From Proteromonas lacertae (taxonomy: Eukaryota), in NCBI GenBank assembly GCA_002245135.1, contig NGBS01000603.1, positions 62,001-126,000 on the forward strand: 64,000 nucleotides of DNA. The letters run 5' to 3'. The translations under genes and the position numbers were made by a program. This document shows positions 12,801 to 26,072 of this stretch, in pieces. Numbering within the stretch: position 1 is the stretch's first letter; every line of letters starts with the position of its first letter. Below the pieces are notes generated by a model. The model ran no database searches and had not been told where the DNA came from. It saw nothing but the letters and a program-made list of their open reading frames with translations.

Positions 12801-15800
12801 TGGTATATTTATTACTATGAATCCTGGTTATGCTGGTCGTACAGAATTGCCTGATAACTTAAAAGCATTATTTAGACCAGTTACTATGATTAAACCTGAT
12901 TTATTACAGATTTGTGAAATTATGTTATTCTCTGAAGGTTTTGAAAGTGCTAGAGTATTAGCTAAGAAGATGACTGTATTATATCAATTAGCCCAAGAAC
13001 AATTATCAAAACAATACCATTATGATTTTGGTTTAAGAGCTTTAAAATCTGTATTAGTGATGGCTGGTTCATTAAAGAGACAATTCTCAGATAAAAGTGA
13101 AGAATTGGTGTTAATGAGAGCTTTGAGAGATATGAATATGCCAAAATTTGTATTTGAAGATGTTCCATTATTCCAAGGTTTGATTGGTGATTTATTCCCT
13201 GGTTTAGATTGTCCTCGTGTAGGTTATCCTGAGTTGAAACAAGCAATTGAAGAAGTATTAACTGAAAAACAATTCCATCATAGTGATGAAGAGAAATTCC
13301 AATTACAAGTAGATAAAGTGATTCAATTATATGAAACAATGTTGACTAGACATACAACAATGATAGTAGGTCCAACAGGTGGTGGTAAGACAGTGGTTAT
13401 TGATACACTACAAAAAGCAATGATGCCTGCATTCGATAAGAATGTAAAGATATTTGTATTAAACCCAAAAGCTCAAGGTTTATTCCAACTATATGGTGTA
13501 ATGGATCCAGTAACAAGAGATTGGACAAATGGTGTTTTATCTAATATATTCAGAAGTATAAATAAACCATTACCAATTGGTAAAGATGGTAAAGAAATCA
13601 ATGAAATTCGTTGGATATTATATGATGGTGATGTAGATGCAGTTTGGGTAGAAGATATGAATAGTGTAATGGATGATAATCGAACTTTAACTTTGCCAAA
13701 TGGTGAAAGAATAAGATTACAGAATTACTGTAAGATGTTATTTGAGACATTTGATTTACAATATGCTTCTCCAGCTACAATTAGTCGATGTGGTATGGTA
13801 TTTGTAGATCCAAAGAACTTAGAATATCAACCATACTATGAATGGTGGGTTAAGAATCGATGTGATCAAAATCCAACAAAGAAACAAGAAAAAGAATTAT
13901 TAATGGAATTCTATATGAAATATGTTCCTCCAATTATTGCTTATATATTGGAAGGTTTAGATGAAGGTGAAATTGGTTTAAGATGTCGACAAGGTATTCC
14001 ATTCACTAATTTGAATATGGTAATGCAGTTAACATCATTCTTAGATGCCGATATTAATCGAAGGAGTAGATACAAGTGATCGTGATATAGTAGAAGGATG
14101 TTATTTATACTCAATCTACTGGTCATTTGGTGCTTGTTTAGATGAAAGAGATCGAACAAGATTTGATTTATTTGTAAAAAAAGTATGTGGTTTAGCTTTA
14201 CCAAATGATCAATTATTCTATCAATTCTTTGATGTAGAATCAAGAAGATGGGAACCTTGGGATAAACAAGTGACTGAATATCAACCACCAGTTCCATTTG
14301 AATTCTATAAAGTGTTAGTTCCAACTCGAGATTTCGTAGTATATTCTAGTCATTTGAAGAGAATGAGTAGTGTTGAAAGACCTTCATTATTTGTAGGTAT
14401 AAGTGGAACAGCTAAAACAATCACAATTCGTAAATTCTTAGAAGATTTGGAACATGATAAATTCAACAAATTAACAATGAACTTCAGTTCTAGAACCACT
14501 GGTTTAGATGTTCAAAAGAATATTGAAGAAAATACTGATAAGCGAATGGGTAAAATCTATGGTCCACCAAATGGTAAGAGATTAATGACGTTTATTGATG
14601 ATTTGAACATGCCTAGAGTAGATAAATATGGTACACAACAACCAATTGCCTTGTTATTGTTCTTAATTGGTCGACATTCAATGTTTGAACGAAGTAGAGA
14701 TTTGGAATTATTAACTTATCGAGATATGAATTATGTAGCAGCAATGGGACCTCCTGGAGGTGGTAGAAATGCAGTTGATCCTCGATTTGTATCACTATTC
14801 AGTTTCTTCGATTTACCAGCTCCATCTGAAGAAGTATTGAATAAGATTTATTCCACCATTGCTAAATCTTACTTTGCTGAATTTACTGAAGGTATTCAAA
14901 AGTTTATGGATAAGATTACTCCTGTTACTTTACACTTATACACTCAAATAATTGATGGTTTACCTCCAACACCATCTAAATTCCATTATATATTCAATCT
15001 TCGTGATTTAGGTAGAATCTATGAAGGTATGTGTTTAGCCACACCTGATATATTCAAAGAAGATAAGCAAATGGCCAGATTATGGATAAATGAATGTAAA
15101 AGAATCTTCTCTGATCGTTTAATTTGTGATGAAGATATAAAATTCTTAGATGAAAAGATTCGAGATGGAATGAAAGCTGATTTTAGTGCATTTATTGATG
15201 AAGCAATAGCTGAACCAATGGTATTTGGTAATTATAAGAATGCAGCTGCTCGTATTTGTGAAGGTGCAGAAGATGCTCGATTATATCAAGATTTAGGTAC
15301 ATCTGATGCTGCTAGAGCTATATTTGATGAAATCTTAGAGAATTACAATGTAGATAATAAACCAATGAATTTAGTCCTTTTCCTAGATGCTTTGAATCAT
15401 TTAACTCGAATAATTCGTATAATATGTGTTCCAAGAGGTAATGCTTTATTAGTTGGTGTAGGTGGTAGTGGTAAACAATCATTAACAAGATTAGGTACTT
15501 ATACATTAGGATATACACTGTTTGAAATCTCATTAAGTAAGAATTATGGTGAAAATGAGTTTAGAGATGATTTGAAAGAATTGTATAAGTTATTAGGTAA
15601 AGGTCCAGTAGTATTCTTATTCACAGATGCTCATTGTGTAGAAGAATCATTCTTAGAATTATTAAACAACATGTTAACAACAGGTATGGTTCCTGCATTA
15701 TATGAAAGTGATGAAAAAGATGGTTTATTAATGACAGTTAGACCAGAAGTACAAGCTAAAGGTATAATTGATACACCTGATAATTTATGGAATTATTATG

Positions 15801-18800
15801 TTGATAAATGTCGAAATAACTTACATATAGTATTAGCCATGTCTCCATCAGGTGATGCATTGCGTATAAGATGTCGTAACTTCCCTGGAATGGTATCAAA
15901 TACAGTAATTGATTGGTTCTTCCCATGGCCACAAGATGCTTTAGAAAAGGTAGGAGAACACTTCTTAGCTGAACAAAAGTTACCTGAAGAACATCGTATG
16001 AATATAATTAGACATATGGTTTATGTTCATATCTCTGTTGTATCTAAAGCTGATCAATTTTTACATGAATTAAGAAGACATTATTATGTAACTCCCAAGA
16101 ATTATTTAGAATATTTATCAAATTATATAAATACAATGAAGAGAATTAATGATGCAATTAGCAGTCAAATTACTAGATTAGATGGTGGTTTAGGTAAATT
16201 ATCTGATGCAGCTCAAGCTGTAGAAATAATGAGTAAAGATTTAGCTAAAAGAAAAGTAGTCGTAGATCAAAAGAAGAATGAAGCAACCATAATGATTAAT
16301 GATATAAACACTAAGAAAGAAACAGCAAGTCGAGATCAAGAAGCAGCAACAATGAAACAGAAAGAATTAGAAGAAGATGCTGTAATAATCGAAGAAGAAC
16401 AAGCTAAAGCTAATACAGCTTTAGAAGCAGCTTTACCAGCCTTAGAAGCAGCTAGTGAAGCTTTAAAGAGTTTGAATAAGAAAGATATTGTAGAAATTCG
16501 ATCTTTTGCCAATCCACCAAATTTAGTGAAATTGGTTTGTACTTGTGTAGTTTATTTAAAACCATTTGATGATATTGATGATAGTGGAGATTTATGGGGA
16601 CAAGCTAAGATGATGATGACAAGAACTGATTTCTTAGATCGATTACAGACATATGAAAAAGATAAGATTAAAGAAAAACAAATTCAAAAAGTTAAAAGAA
16701 CTTACAGTGCTAATAGTGATTTTAATTATAACAGTTTAAAGACAGTCTCTAAAGCTGGTGCTGGTTTATTCAAATGGGTAGATGCAATGGTTAATTATTA
16801 TGATGTATTTAAGAGTGTTCAACCATTGAAAGAGAAAGTGGCTGAGATGGAAAAGAGACAAGAAGAATCTCGAAGAGATTTAGCAAATATTAAAGAAAAA
16901 TTATTGAAATTACAAGATGAGATTGAAACATTATCAAAGAATTATGCAGTAGCTAAAGAAGAATTAGATGCGTTAGAAGCTGAAGCAAATCTTATGGAGA
17001 AGAGATTAAATGCTGCTAGTAAATTGATAAGTGGTTTAGGTGGTGAACAAATAAGATGGACAGAAGATAAAGGTAAATTATTAGAAAGATCCAGTCATGT
17101 AATAGGTGATGCTTTATTATGTGCTTCCTTCTTAAGTTATGCAGGTGCCTTTACATTCAATTATCGAGAAGATTTAATAAAGAATATGTGGTTGAGTGAT
17201 GTAGAAGATAAAAAGATTCCATTATCTGAACCATTTAATTTACAGAATTTATTATCATCTGATGCTGAAGTACAAAGATGGATAGGTCAAGGATTACCAG
17301 CTGATGAATATTCTGTTCAAAATGGTATCTTAACATCTCAAGCTAGTCGATTCCCACTTTGTATTGATCCTCAACAACAAGCTGTAGCTTGGATAAAGAA
17401 TAAAGAAAAAGCAAATCATTTGATCGTAAGAACATTTGCTGATGATTTCATGAAACATTTAGAATCTGCCGTTCAATTTGGTCATACATTTGTATTTGAA
17501 AATGTAGATGAAGAAATCGATCCAATCATTGATCCAATCTTAGAAAAGAATACATTCTTACAAGGTACAACATTAAGTATAAAGATAGGTGATAAAGTAT
17601 TACAATGGGATACTAACTTCCGATTATTCTTAACTTCAAAATTAGCTAATCCTCATTATTCTCCAGAAGTAATGGGTAAATTAATGATTATTAACTATTC
17701 AGTGACATTAGAAGGTTTAGAGAATCAATTATTGAATGTAGTTGTATATAATGAAAGACCTGATTTAGAAGAACAATATGTTCAATTGATTCAAGAAACA
17801 ACTGCTAATACTCAAATGTTGGTGACATTAGAAGATACATTATTGAGAGATTTAGCTAATTCTGAAGGTAATATATTAGATAATGAAGCATTAGTAACAA
17901 CATTAGATGAAGCTAAGACAAAAGCGAATGATATTAAAGCCAAATTAGAACAAGCCAAATATACAACTGAATCTATAAATAAAACAAGAGCTATTTATTC
18001 TGTAGCAGCTAAGAGAGGTTCAATCTTATTCTTTGCAATGTCTGGATTATCAATAGTGAATAGTATGTATGAAATCTCATTAGCTTCCTTCTTAACAGTG
18101 TTTAAATATTCATTGAAAGTAGCAAAGAAAGATCCAAATGTAAGTGGAAGATTACGAAATATAATGAATGAAACAACCTCTCAATGTTATGATTATACAT
18201 GTACAGGTATATTTGAAAGACATAAGCTGATGTTTTCATTCCAAATGGTATGTATGATATTAGAAGGTGAAGGAATGTTAAATCGAACTGAATTAGATTT
18301 CTTCTTGAAAGGAGATCAATCATTAGAAGATGTATCTCGTCCTAAACCATTTGATTGGTTAACAATAGTCGGTTGGAAAGATTTAGTAAAATTAGCAACC
18401 TTAAAAGAAGAATTAAGTAAATTACCTGATGATGTAATGAATAATGAGAAAGTATGGAAAGATTGGTATGATTTAGAAACTCCTGAAAAAGAACCATTAC
18501 CAATGAATTACAATGAAAATTGTGATGATTTTGAATTATTATTAATCTATCGATGTTTCAGACCTGATCGAGTTTATAATGCAGTAAAATTGTTTGTAAT
18601 TAAAAAGATGGGTTCAAAGTTTGTACAACCTCCAGTGTTAGATTATAATCGTGTATTCTCTCAAAGTACTGCATTTAACCCAGTTGTATTTATATTATCT
18701 CCAGGTGCTGATCCTCAATCTGATATTCAATTATTAGGTGCAGAGAAAGGATTTAAAGGAAATAAATTCCGATTCTTAGCTTTAGGTCAAGGTCAAGGAG

Positions 18801-20464
18801 AAGTAGCTGAAGCAATGTTAGAAAGTGGTATAAGTAAAGGATATTGGGTATTATTACAAAACTGTCATTTATTGACATCTTGGTTAAAAGTATTAGAAAA
18901 GAAATTAGAAAGCATGCATACACCACATGAACAGTTTAGATTATGGTTAACAACAGATCCAACTGATAAATTCCCATTAGGTATATTACAAAGATCTGTG
19001 AAAGTAGTAACAGAACCTCCTGATGGATTAAAACAAAATATGAGAAGTTTATTATCCAAATTAGATGATAATGTAATGAATGAATGTCCACATACTGCTT
19101 ATAGACCATTAATATTTACTTTATGTTTCTTACATGCTGTAGTATTAGAAAGAAGAAAATATGGTAAGATAGGTTGGAATGTGAGTTATGATTTTAACGA
19201 ATCTGATTTCAATGTATCTCGAAGATTATTAGGATTATATTTAACAAAAGCATTTGAGAATGGTGATGAAATGATTCCATGGGGTTCATTGAAATACTTA
19301 ATAGGTGATGCAATGTATGGTGGAAGAGTATCTGATAACTTTGATCGAAGAGTATTACAAACATATTTGAATGAATATTTTGGTGATTTCTTATTTGATA
19401 CATTCCAACACTTTTACTTCAGTCAATCTGATTTTGATTATACTTTACCTGAAGATGGTCCATTATTGAATTATACTGAATATGTTGAAACATTCCCATT
19501 GACAAACTCTCCTGCTGTATTTGGTTTACATCCAAATGCCGAAATTAGTTATTTCAGTAATGCAATAAAATCAATGTGGAGAGATTTAATCGATTTACAA
19601 CCTAGAACAGCTTCATCTGGTACTGGCATTAGTCGAGAAGATTATATAGGTCAAACAGCAGCAGGTATAACAGCAAAATTACCCGAATTGGTGGATTTAG
19701 TTGCTTTAAGAAAGAGATTACCTGAAATCACTCCAACATTAGTTGTATTATTACAAGAAATTGAAAGATGGAATAATTTAGTAGCAAAAATGACAAGTTC
19801 TTTAACTGATTTACAGAAAGCATTGAAAGGTGAAATTGGTATGTCTGATTCATTAGATGCATTGGGAGATGCTTTATACAATGGTTTCTTACCTGAAATG
19901 TGGGCAAGATTAGCTCCAGCAACCTTAAAACCATTAGGTAGTTGGATGAATCATTTCAAGAGAAGAGAAGCTCAATATAATGATTGGATGGACAATGGTG
20001 ATCCAAAAGTGATATGGTTATCTGGTTTACATATTCCTGAATCTTATTTAACAGCCTTAATTCAAACAACTTGTAGAATAAAGAACTGGCCTTTAGATAA
20101 ATCAACATTATATACAGTCGTATCAAAATATACATCAGTTGATCAAGTACCAGCAAAATTAGAACATGGAACATATGTAACAGGTTTATATTTAGAAGGA
20201 GCGAAATGGGATTTAGAGAATATGTGTTTAGCTAAACAAGATCCGAAAGTGTTAGTAGTTGAATTGCCAATCTTACAAGTTATACCAATCGAAGCTAGTA
20301 AATTGAAGTTACAAGATACATTCCAAACTCCAGTTTATGTAACACAGAATCGTCGAAATGCAATGGGTGTTGGTTTAGTATTTAATGCAGATTTATCAAC
20401 AAAAACTCATATCAGTCATTGGGTATTACAAGGTGTTGCATTATTCTTAAATACTGATGAGTAA
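6882..20464 (+). CDS. DNAH10: Axonemal inner-arm dynein heavy chain (I1/f alpha type)
   Basis: P-loops GPAGTGKT, GPTGGGKT, GISGTAKT, GVGGSGKQ; MVPLMERIA; C-terminal RRNAMGVGLVF...HWVLQGV. One intron near 7030-7062. Split into ORFs by extra bases near 7818, 8427, 12710, 12721 and 14048. Confidence 0.95.
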
Positions 20465-20594
20465 TATTAAATAATAATAATAATAATAAGTATTTCTTTT
20501 ATTAATATTTTTTGTGTGTTTTTAGTGGATAATTAAAAATAAAATTCACAAAACCAATTAAAAACATTTACAAACATAAGTTTTATAAATATTA

Positions 20595-21370
20595 CTACTT
20601 CTTGTTATTCCCAAATGTGTTTAACAACTCTAATAAACCTGATTTGGTTGGAGTAACTGTTTTACACATCTCTTTACTTGCCAAATCTCTTATTGATATA
20701 CATTTCTTCTTCTTATTTTTATTTTTTAATTCTATATTCTTTTCCACTTTATTCTCTAGTCTAAGTGATTTTGGTTTTGGAGGAATATGAATAGCCTTCT
20801 TACAACATGCAATATATGATATATTACCACATTTATAGCATATAAGACTCTAATATATTATATTTACATATATACTAGATGATTTTTATTCATTTCTTTA
20901 TCTTTATGTTTTTCAATTGCTTCTCTTTGAATTTCATTATAACATCTTAATAATAATATACACAAATATCAATACTCGTTTGATAATCGTCTTGAAAATA
21001 TGGTTTTATTTTTATTGCACTTTTTGTTGATATGATTTAGTCGAACTTTACCAGTCAAACTAGCAATTATTAAACATCCACACTTTTGACAAACTGTTTC
21101 TTTCAAACTACCAGAGATTTCTAAATATTTGTAATAATATTTATATTTACTTTCGTTAATAAGGAATGAGATGTCTTCTGCTTTTCTTCTAAAATATCAA
21201 ATTATTTGATATATATATACAGAAAAGAATGTGAGAGACATTGATTTTTACTTATTATTTGCTGAGAACATTTTAACAGATACTCAGTTCTTCTTTTATC
21301 AGCAATTTCATCATCTATTTCAAATCAATTCATTACAAATACTTGATTTTGTAATTGGTTGAAATGACAT
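20595..21370 (-). CDS. RNase P/MRP subunit Rpr2/Rpp21/Snm1-like zinc-ribbon protein
   Basis: Five GT-AG introns splice to an in-frame basic protein with RTEYL, LKETVCQKCGCLII and LICYKCG (two CxxC pairs). Confidence 0.65.
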
Positions 21371-21451
21371 GTCAAAATTACTTATATTAATGTAATTTGA
21401 AAAAATAAACAAGAACATTGATATAATAATATCTAATAATAATATAATCAA

Positions 21452-21600
21452 TTATTTAATATTGAAGAATTCTTCTAATATTTTATTCTTTTCTTATTCA
21501 GATATTCCAACTAATTTCACTCTTCTGAAAGAATACAATGCTTTTAGAAAGGATTTTAATTCTGATTTATCTATATCTCTTTTTACTGTTATTGATAGTT
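21452..21600 (-). pseudogene. Decayed fragment of the C-terminal exon of the pseudokinase-LRR family
   Basis: Translates ELSITVKRDIDKSELKSFLKALYSFRRVKLVGISE*EKNKILEEFFNIK*, aligning with LSITVKENIDRSELKSFLDTFDLIGRIELNGISEEEKKEILKVFLNVE* at 35654-35800; internal TAA. Confidence 0.8.
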
Positions 21601-21799
21601 CATGAAAATACTTTACATACATTTACTACGAAAGATTCTATCCATCACATTAAATTCAATAATCTTTCTTGTGTATTTCACTTTTAACATCAACTACGTT
21701 ATTTGTGCCATCATGTGCATTTCGATTGTGAACATCATTTTATCATTCAATACTATGTTATAACAATTTTAAGTCTACAACGTCATTTACAGCTAATTA

Positions 21800-22250
21800 T
21801 GTAGAATAAGATGTTGTGGAAGAATATTTACAGCATACAAATGCCAATTAACATTCATCTCAATTCGATTAAGATTATGGTCGTATTTCGTTAAAAGATG
21901 TAGTAATACCTAACAGATTTCCAGACTATTCAAGAAGATAGGATAAGTTTAATATATTATGAGAAGCTGAAGGTGTTATTAGCAAAAAATGATTAAACAG
22001 ATAAGGTGATAAAGGCAAAAGGAAATAACAATCAAAGACGCATGATTATACAATTTTGATAAGAATAAGTACAAATACTTTCATGATTTAGTAATTACAG
22101 AGGTTATTGTACTATCTATAAATTTATAAAACACGATAATGCTAATAGAGATAATGCTCATTGTAAAGAATCATCTTTAAGAGACGAAATCAATGATCTA
22201 TTATCAGAAAGACAAAAATACCGTACTATAGAGTTCGTAGATTCCTAAAT
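21800..22250 (+). pseudogene. Degenerate coding-like remnant of unknown origin
   Basis: Coding-like reading (DVVEEYLQH...DYGRISLKDVVIPNRFPDYSRR; CKESSLRDEINDLLSERQKYRTIEFVDS) broken by many stops and frame changes; no family recognised. Confidence 0.35.
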
Positions 22251-22846
22251 ATGCCTCTAGAAAAAGCATTACATAGAAAAAGTAGTCATAGACTAGGATC
22301 AGGAAAAAATAATCTAACCTCAAAATCATAATCTTCTAATATAATTAGAAAAACAACTATTAATTTTAAAAGCATTTTCTTTTCTCAAATTCTTCTTTAG
22401 ATGAAGTTAATAATTCGATAATATCCAGTCTATGTGAATTTAAATCTGCTTTATTTATTTTGAGGTGTCTGTTATATCATCATAATCATTATTTATAAAT
22501 GTACCAAAATCATCTGTAACATATTCCATTTGTTGTATTAGATTATTTGCATATTCATTGCAACATTGATGCTTATAAAACTCAAGTGATTTATGATAGT
22601 TTAGAATTACAAAAGAATTATATTATACTTAATATATTACCTTTATTGTTGATGAATAAGGATGAATTTGGTACTATTATATTATATTACCACAACATTT
22701 TATAATACATAATTAGATGTAGATGTTGTTGTAAGATTATTAATAATTTTATATTTTCATTTTTTTTATTGAAAAAGGTTTTAGAAAATTATACGAAAAA
22801 ATACACCCCATTATTTTTTTTCATTTCATTTTTCTCATTTTTTAAC

Positions 22847-23531
22847 ATGGATATTCCAAAATTATCATATCCATATACATTAATAGGTGATGCTTTAGAT
22901 AGAATGTCAGACGATTCTAAAAGAACTATAATTAATCCTCTTATGGCAATGTATTTATAGTTTGTTATAGTATAATAAAATAGGACAAGAGGTTTATCCC
23001 CAGATGCACCAATTCCTGCTCCAGAATATGGAAGATTTACAGAATCATGTTTAGTAAACGCTGCATTGGGTGCTGTTATGGGTGCAGGAGTAGGTCTTTT
23101 AACAGGTTTACTCTTTGGAAGTTTTGATGCAATGAGTGGTCCTACAACAGCTACATTTAGTCAAAATCTTCCATTGAAAGAAGAAGTATATATTTTTAAA
23201 AAAACTATACCATGTAGATGATTAGAAGTTATAGGAAAATATGGTTAAAAATGAGAGGTTGGGCAAAGAATTTCGCTGGTTTAACATGTATTTATTATTA
23301 GTTATATTTTATTCTCGATATATAGTGGTTTTTAGTGGATGTGAATGTGCAATACAAAAATTTAGAGGAAAACAAGATAAAACAAATTCAATCGCTGCTG
23401 GATGTGTAAGTGGTGCAGCATTGGCAACAAAAGCAGGATTTTATGGTATGTGTGCTGGCTGTGTGTCGTTTGCTATTTTTTCGTATGTGATAGACTCATA
23501 CTTTGAATATCGTGAAGATTCAAAGGAATAA
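22847..23531 (+). CDS. TIM22: Mitochondrial inner-membrane translocase Tim22 (Tim17/22/23 family)
   Basis: ESCLVNAALGAVMG...AKNFAGLTLVFSGCECAIQKFRGKQDKTNSIAAGCVSG; three GT-AG introns in frame. Confidence 0.88.
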
Positions 23532-23694
23532 TTAATTATTTATTGTTTACCTTGTTTGTATTTATATACTTTTATTTGTTGCTCAGGTTATTTAATGCGG
23601 TTGTACGTTGTAATTGGAATTGTGTTTAAGTGTTTTTTTTGAATTCAAACCAAGAGGCTTGATCAATTAGATTATTCTTTTGTTATTAGAGAAC

Positions 23695-25765
23695 ATGGAA
23701 AGATTAGAATATGTGTATCATTCTAAAAAAATTCATTGTATAGATTTGGTTCAGATGACTCTGGTACTGAAGAACCAGCAGAGCATAACAAGTATGATTG
23801 GATAATCTGTGTATTAATGTGTGTTGGAGCAGCTATAGTAAGTAACCTAGGAACAAATTTCCAAAAGATGGCATTAAATAGAAGAGTTCAGCATAAAGAA
23901 GGTGCACATAAATATTTGACTTATGTTATATGGATTGTTGGATTTATATTAATCGTATTAGGTTCATTTGGAGATTTTGGTGCTTTGGGATTCGGTGGTA
24001 TATAAAATTATTAGTTAATGTTATTTATTTAATAGCTCAAAGTATTGTAGCTCCATTAGGATCATTGACATTAGTCGTAAATTTTGTTTTAGCGCCATTA
24101 ATGCATGGAGAGAAATTAGGTTGGATAGATTTTATGTGGACAGCTGTAATTATAGCAGGATGTACAGTGTCTGTAGCATTTGCATCACATGAAGAATCTG
24201 AGTATAACATTATTTATATATAATTAAATAGTTTTGATCTTGCCACTTTGAAATCATTTTATAGAACAACTCGTTTTATAGTTTATTTCACTACAGTAGT
24301 GGTAATAGTTGTAGTTATATTAATAGCAATCAAAGTGATTGAAAGAAGACAAAAGATTTATGGTAATTCATCCCCAGAATACCAAAAATTCTTTAAATTC
24401 CATAGATTCAGTTATGCATGCATTAGTGGTATTGCTGGTGCTCAAAGTGTGTTATTTGCCAAAACATGTGTTGAATTATTGATGAAGTTCTTCAAAGGAG
24501 GAGATTTCCCATTAGCTGATTGGTTCACATGGATTATATTAATTTGCATGGGTTCTACAATTGGATTACAAATATTTTGGTTGAATTGCGGCTTGGCTCG
24601 ATGGGATTCTTTGTATAATATCCCAATCTTCCAATCATTTTGGATTACCGTTAGTGCAATAGGTGGTGGTGTGTTTTATGAGGAGTTTAATGGATTTTCT
24701 ACCTTACAATGGGTGATGTTCCCATTAGGTGTTTGTATTACTGTATTTGGTGTATATATGTTAACTCAAACAGCTCCAGCAAGTTCAGGTGATAAGAAAT
24801 CTGCTGAAAAGATCAGTGGTCCAGAAGAAACACTTCCATTACTAGATAATGATGTTGATGGTAAAAGAAGAAGTAATTTAAGTGCAGAAATTGCTAGAGA
24901 TAAAATCAATAAATTCCAATCAGGAGAATGGACTTTCTCAGAAGATTACACTGATTATGAAGTTGAATTCCACAATGTCGATTATGGTTTAGATATTGTG
25001 CCAACTCATATAAAAGCAGTAAGTAAAGAAGATAGTAGGAATACAGCTAATTTAGAAGTATGGAAAGTTGGTGGTTTCCATCAAGTGAATGGTGAAATGG
25101 GAGAAGCACAAAAACACGGATTAATTCAACCAGGACAATTATTAGTAGCAATAAATGGAGAGTTGTTATTATCAAAGTATTTATCATCTGATGAAATATT
25201 GAAGAAGATAAGAGATGCTACAATACCTATTTGTATTAGATTTAGACACTTTTTACATCCAAATGTATATATATATATATATATATATATTAATTGATTT
25301 ATTTATTTATTTATTTTATTATTAGAAAGAGGAAATTGATATGTCAGAATTACCTCATCAACCAAGATTTAGATCAAATAGATCACTTAGTGGATCAAAG
25401 TATATATATTTATTTATATATTTTATTTAGTTTAGAACCAATCAGTCAGTTGATTCACAATTATGATAATATTTCAATAGGTGCATTTATATCCTTATTT
25501 TTTATGTGTTTTAAATAAATATTTTCTTTAATTTATATTGTAAGATAAAGATGATTCTATTCCAGAAACACCTGAAGTGAAAGGAAAGAAGAAGAGGTTG
25601 ACCAATATCATTGAGAAAATACCAACAAGTGCAATGAAATTATTGGATGGATTATTAGATGTTTTAGATCCTATTAATCCAGAAGCAGTAAAGACAAATG
25701 AGATGGGAGAACCTGTAGCAATTACTGCAACTGATCCAACAGCCAATGATTCGAAAGAAGCATAA
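23695..25765 (+). CDS. NIPA-family Mg2+ transporter with a C-terminal PDZ-like domain and tail
   Basis: NLGTNFQK, DFGALGFAQSIVAPLGSL-type NIPA motifs, GAQSVLFAK, GGVFYEEF; then YGLDI...GLIQPGQLLVAING...ICIRFRH (PDZ-like). Confidence 0.88.
25489..25543 (+). other. Putative U12-type intron with AT-AA termini (55 nt)
   Basis: 5' ATATCCTT, branch-like TTTTCTTTAAT at 25522-25532, 3' TGTAA; removal joins GCA TTT|GAT AAA GAT in frame with the last exon. Confidence 0.7.
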
Positions 25766-26072
25766 TTAATTAGAAGTTTATGATATTAATAATAATCATA
25801 TAACAAATAAAGTATTATTATGAATTTTTTTAATATAAAACAGAAAGAATAATATTTCCATAATACAATAGTTTATATTCACACTCTTTACTCTCATTGG
25901 TATTATCTTGAGGAAAATACAAAAAGAAAAAAAAAATATACAATTACACCTCAACACACACAAATTATAAAATCTAATAAATAACTATAAATATTAATAA
26001 TTTAACTAATCAACACATACTATACCATAATTAATACAACATAAAACATAATCAACAATTCCATTGTAAATA

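Noticed and set aside
6882..20464. Dynein pseudogene interpretation
   Set aside because: All motor motifs are intact with no nonsense substitutions, and essential genes such as CDC45 show the same type of break.
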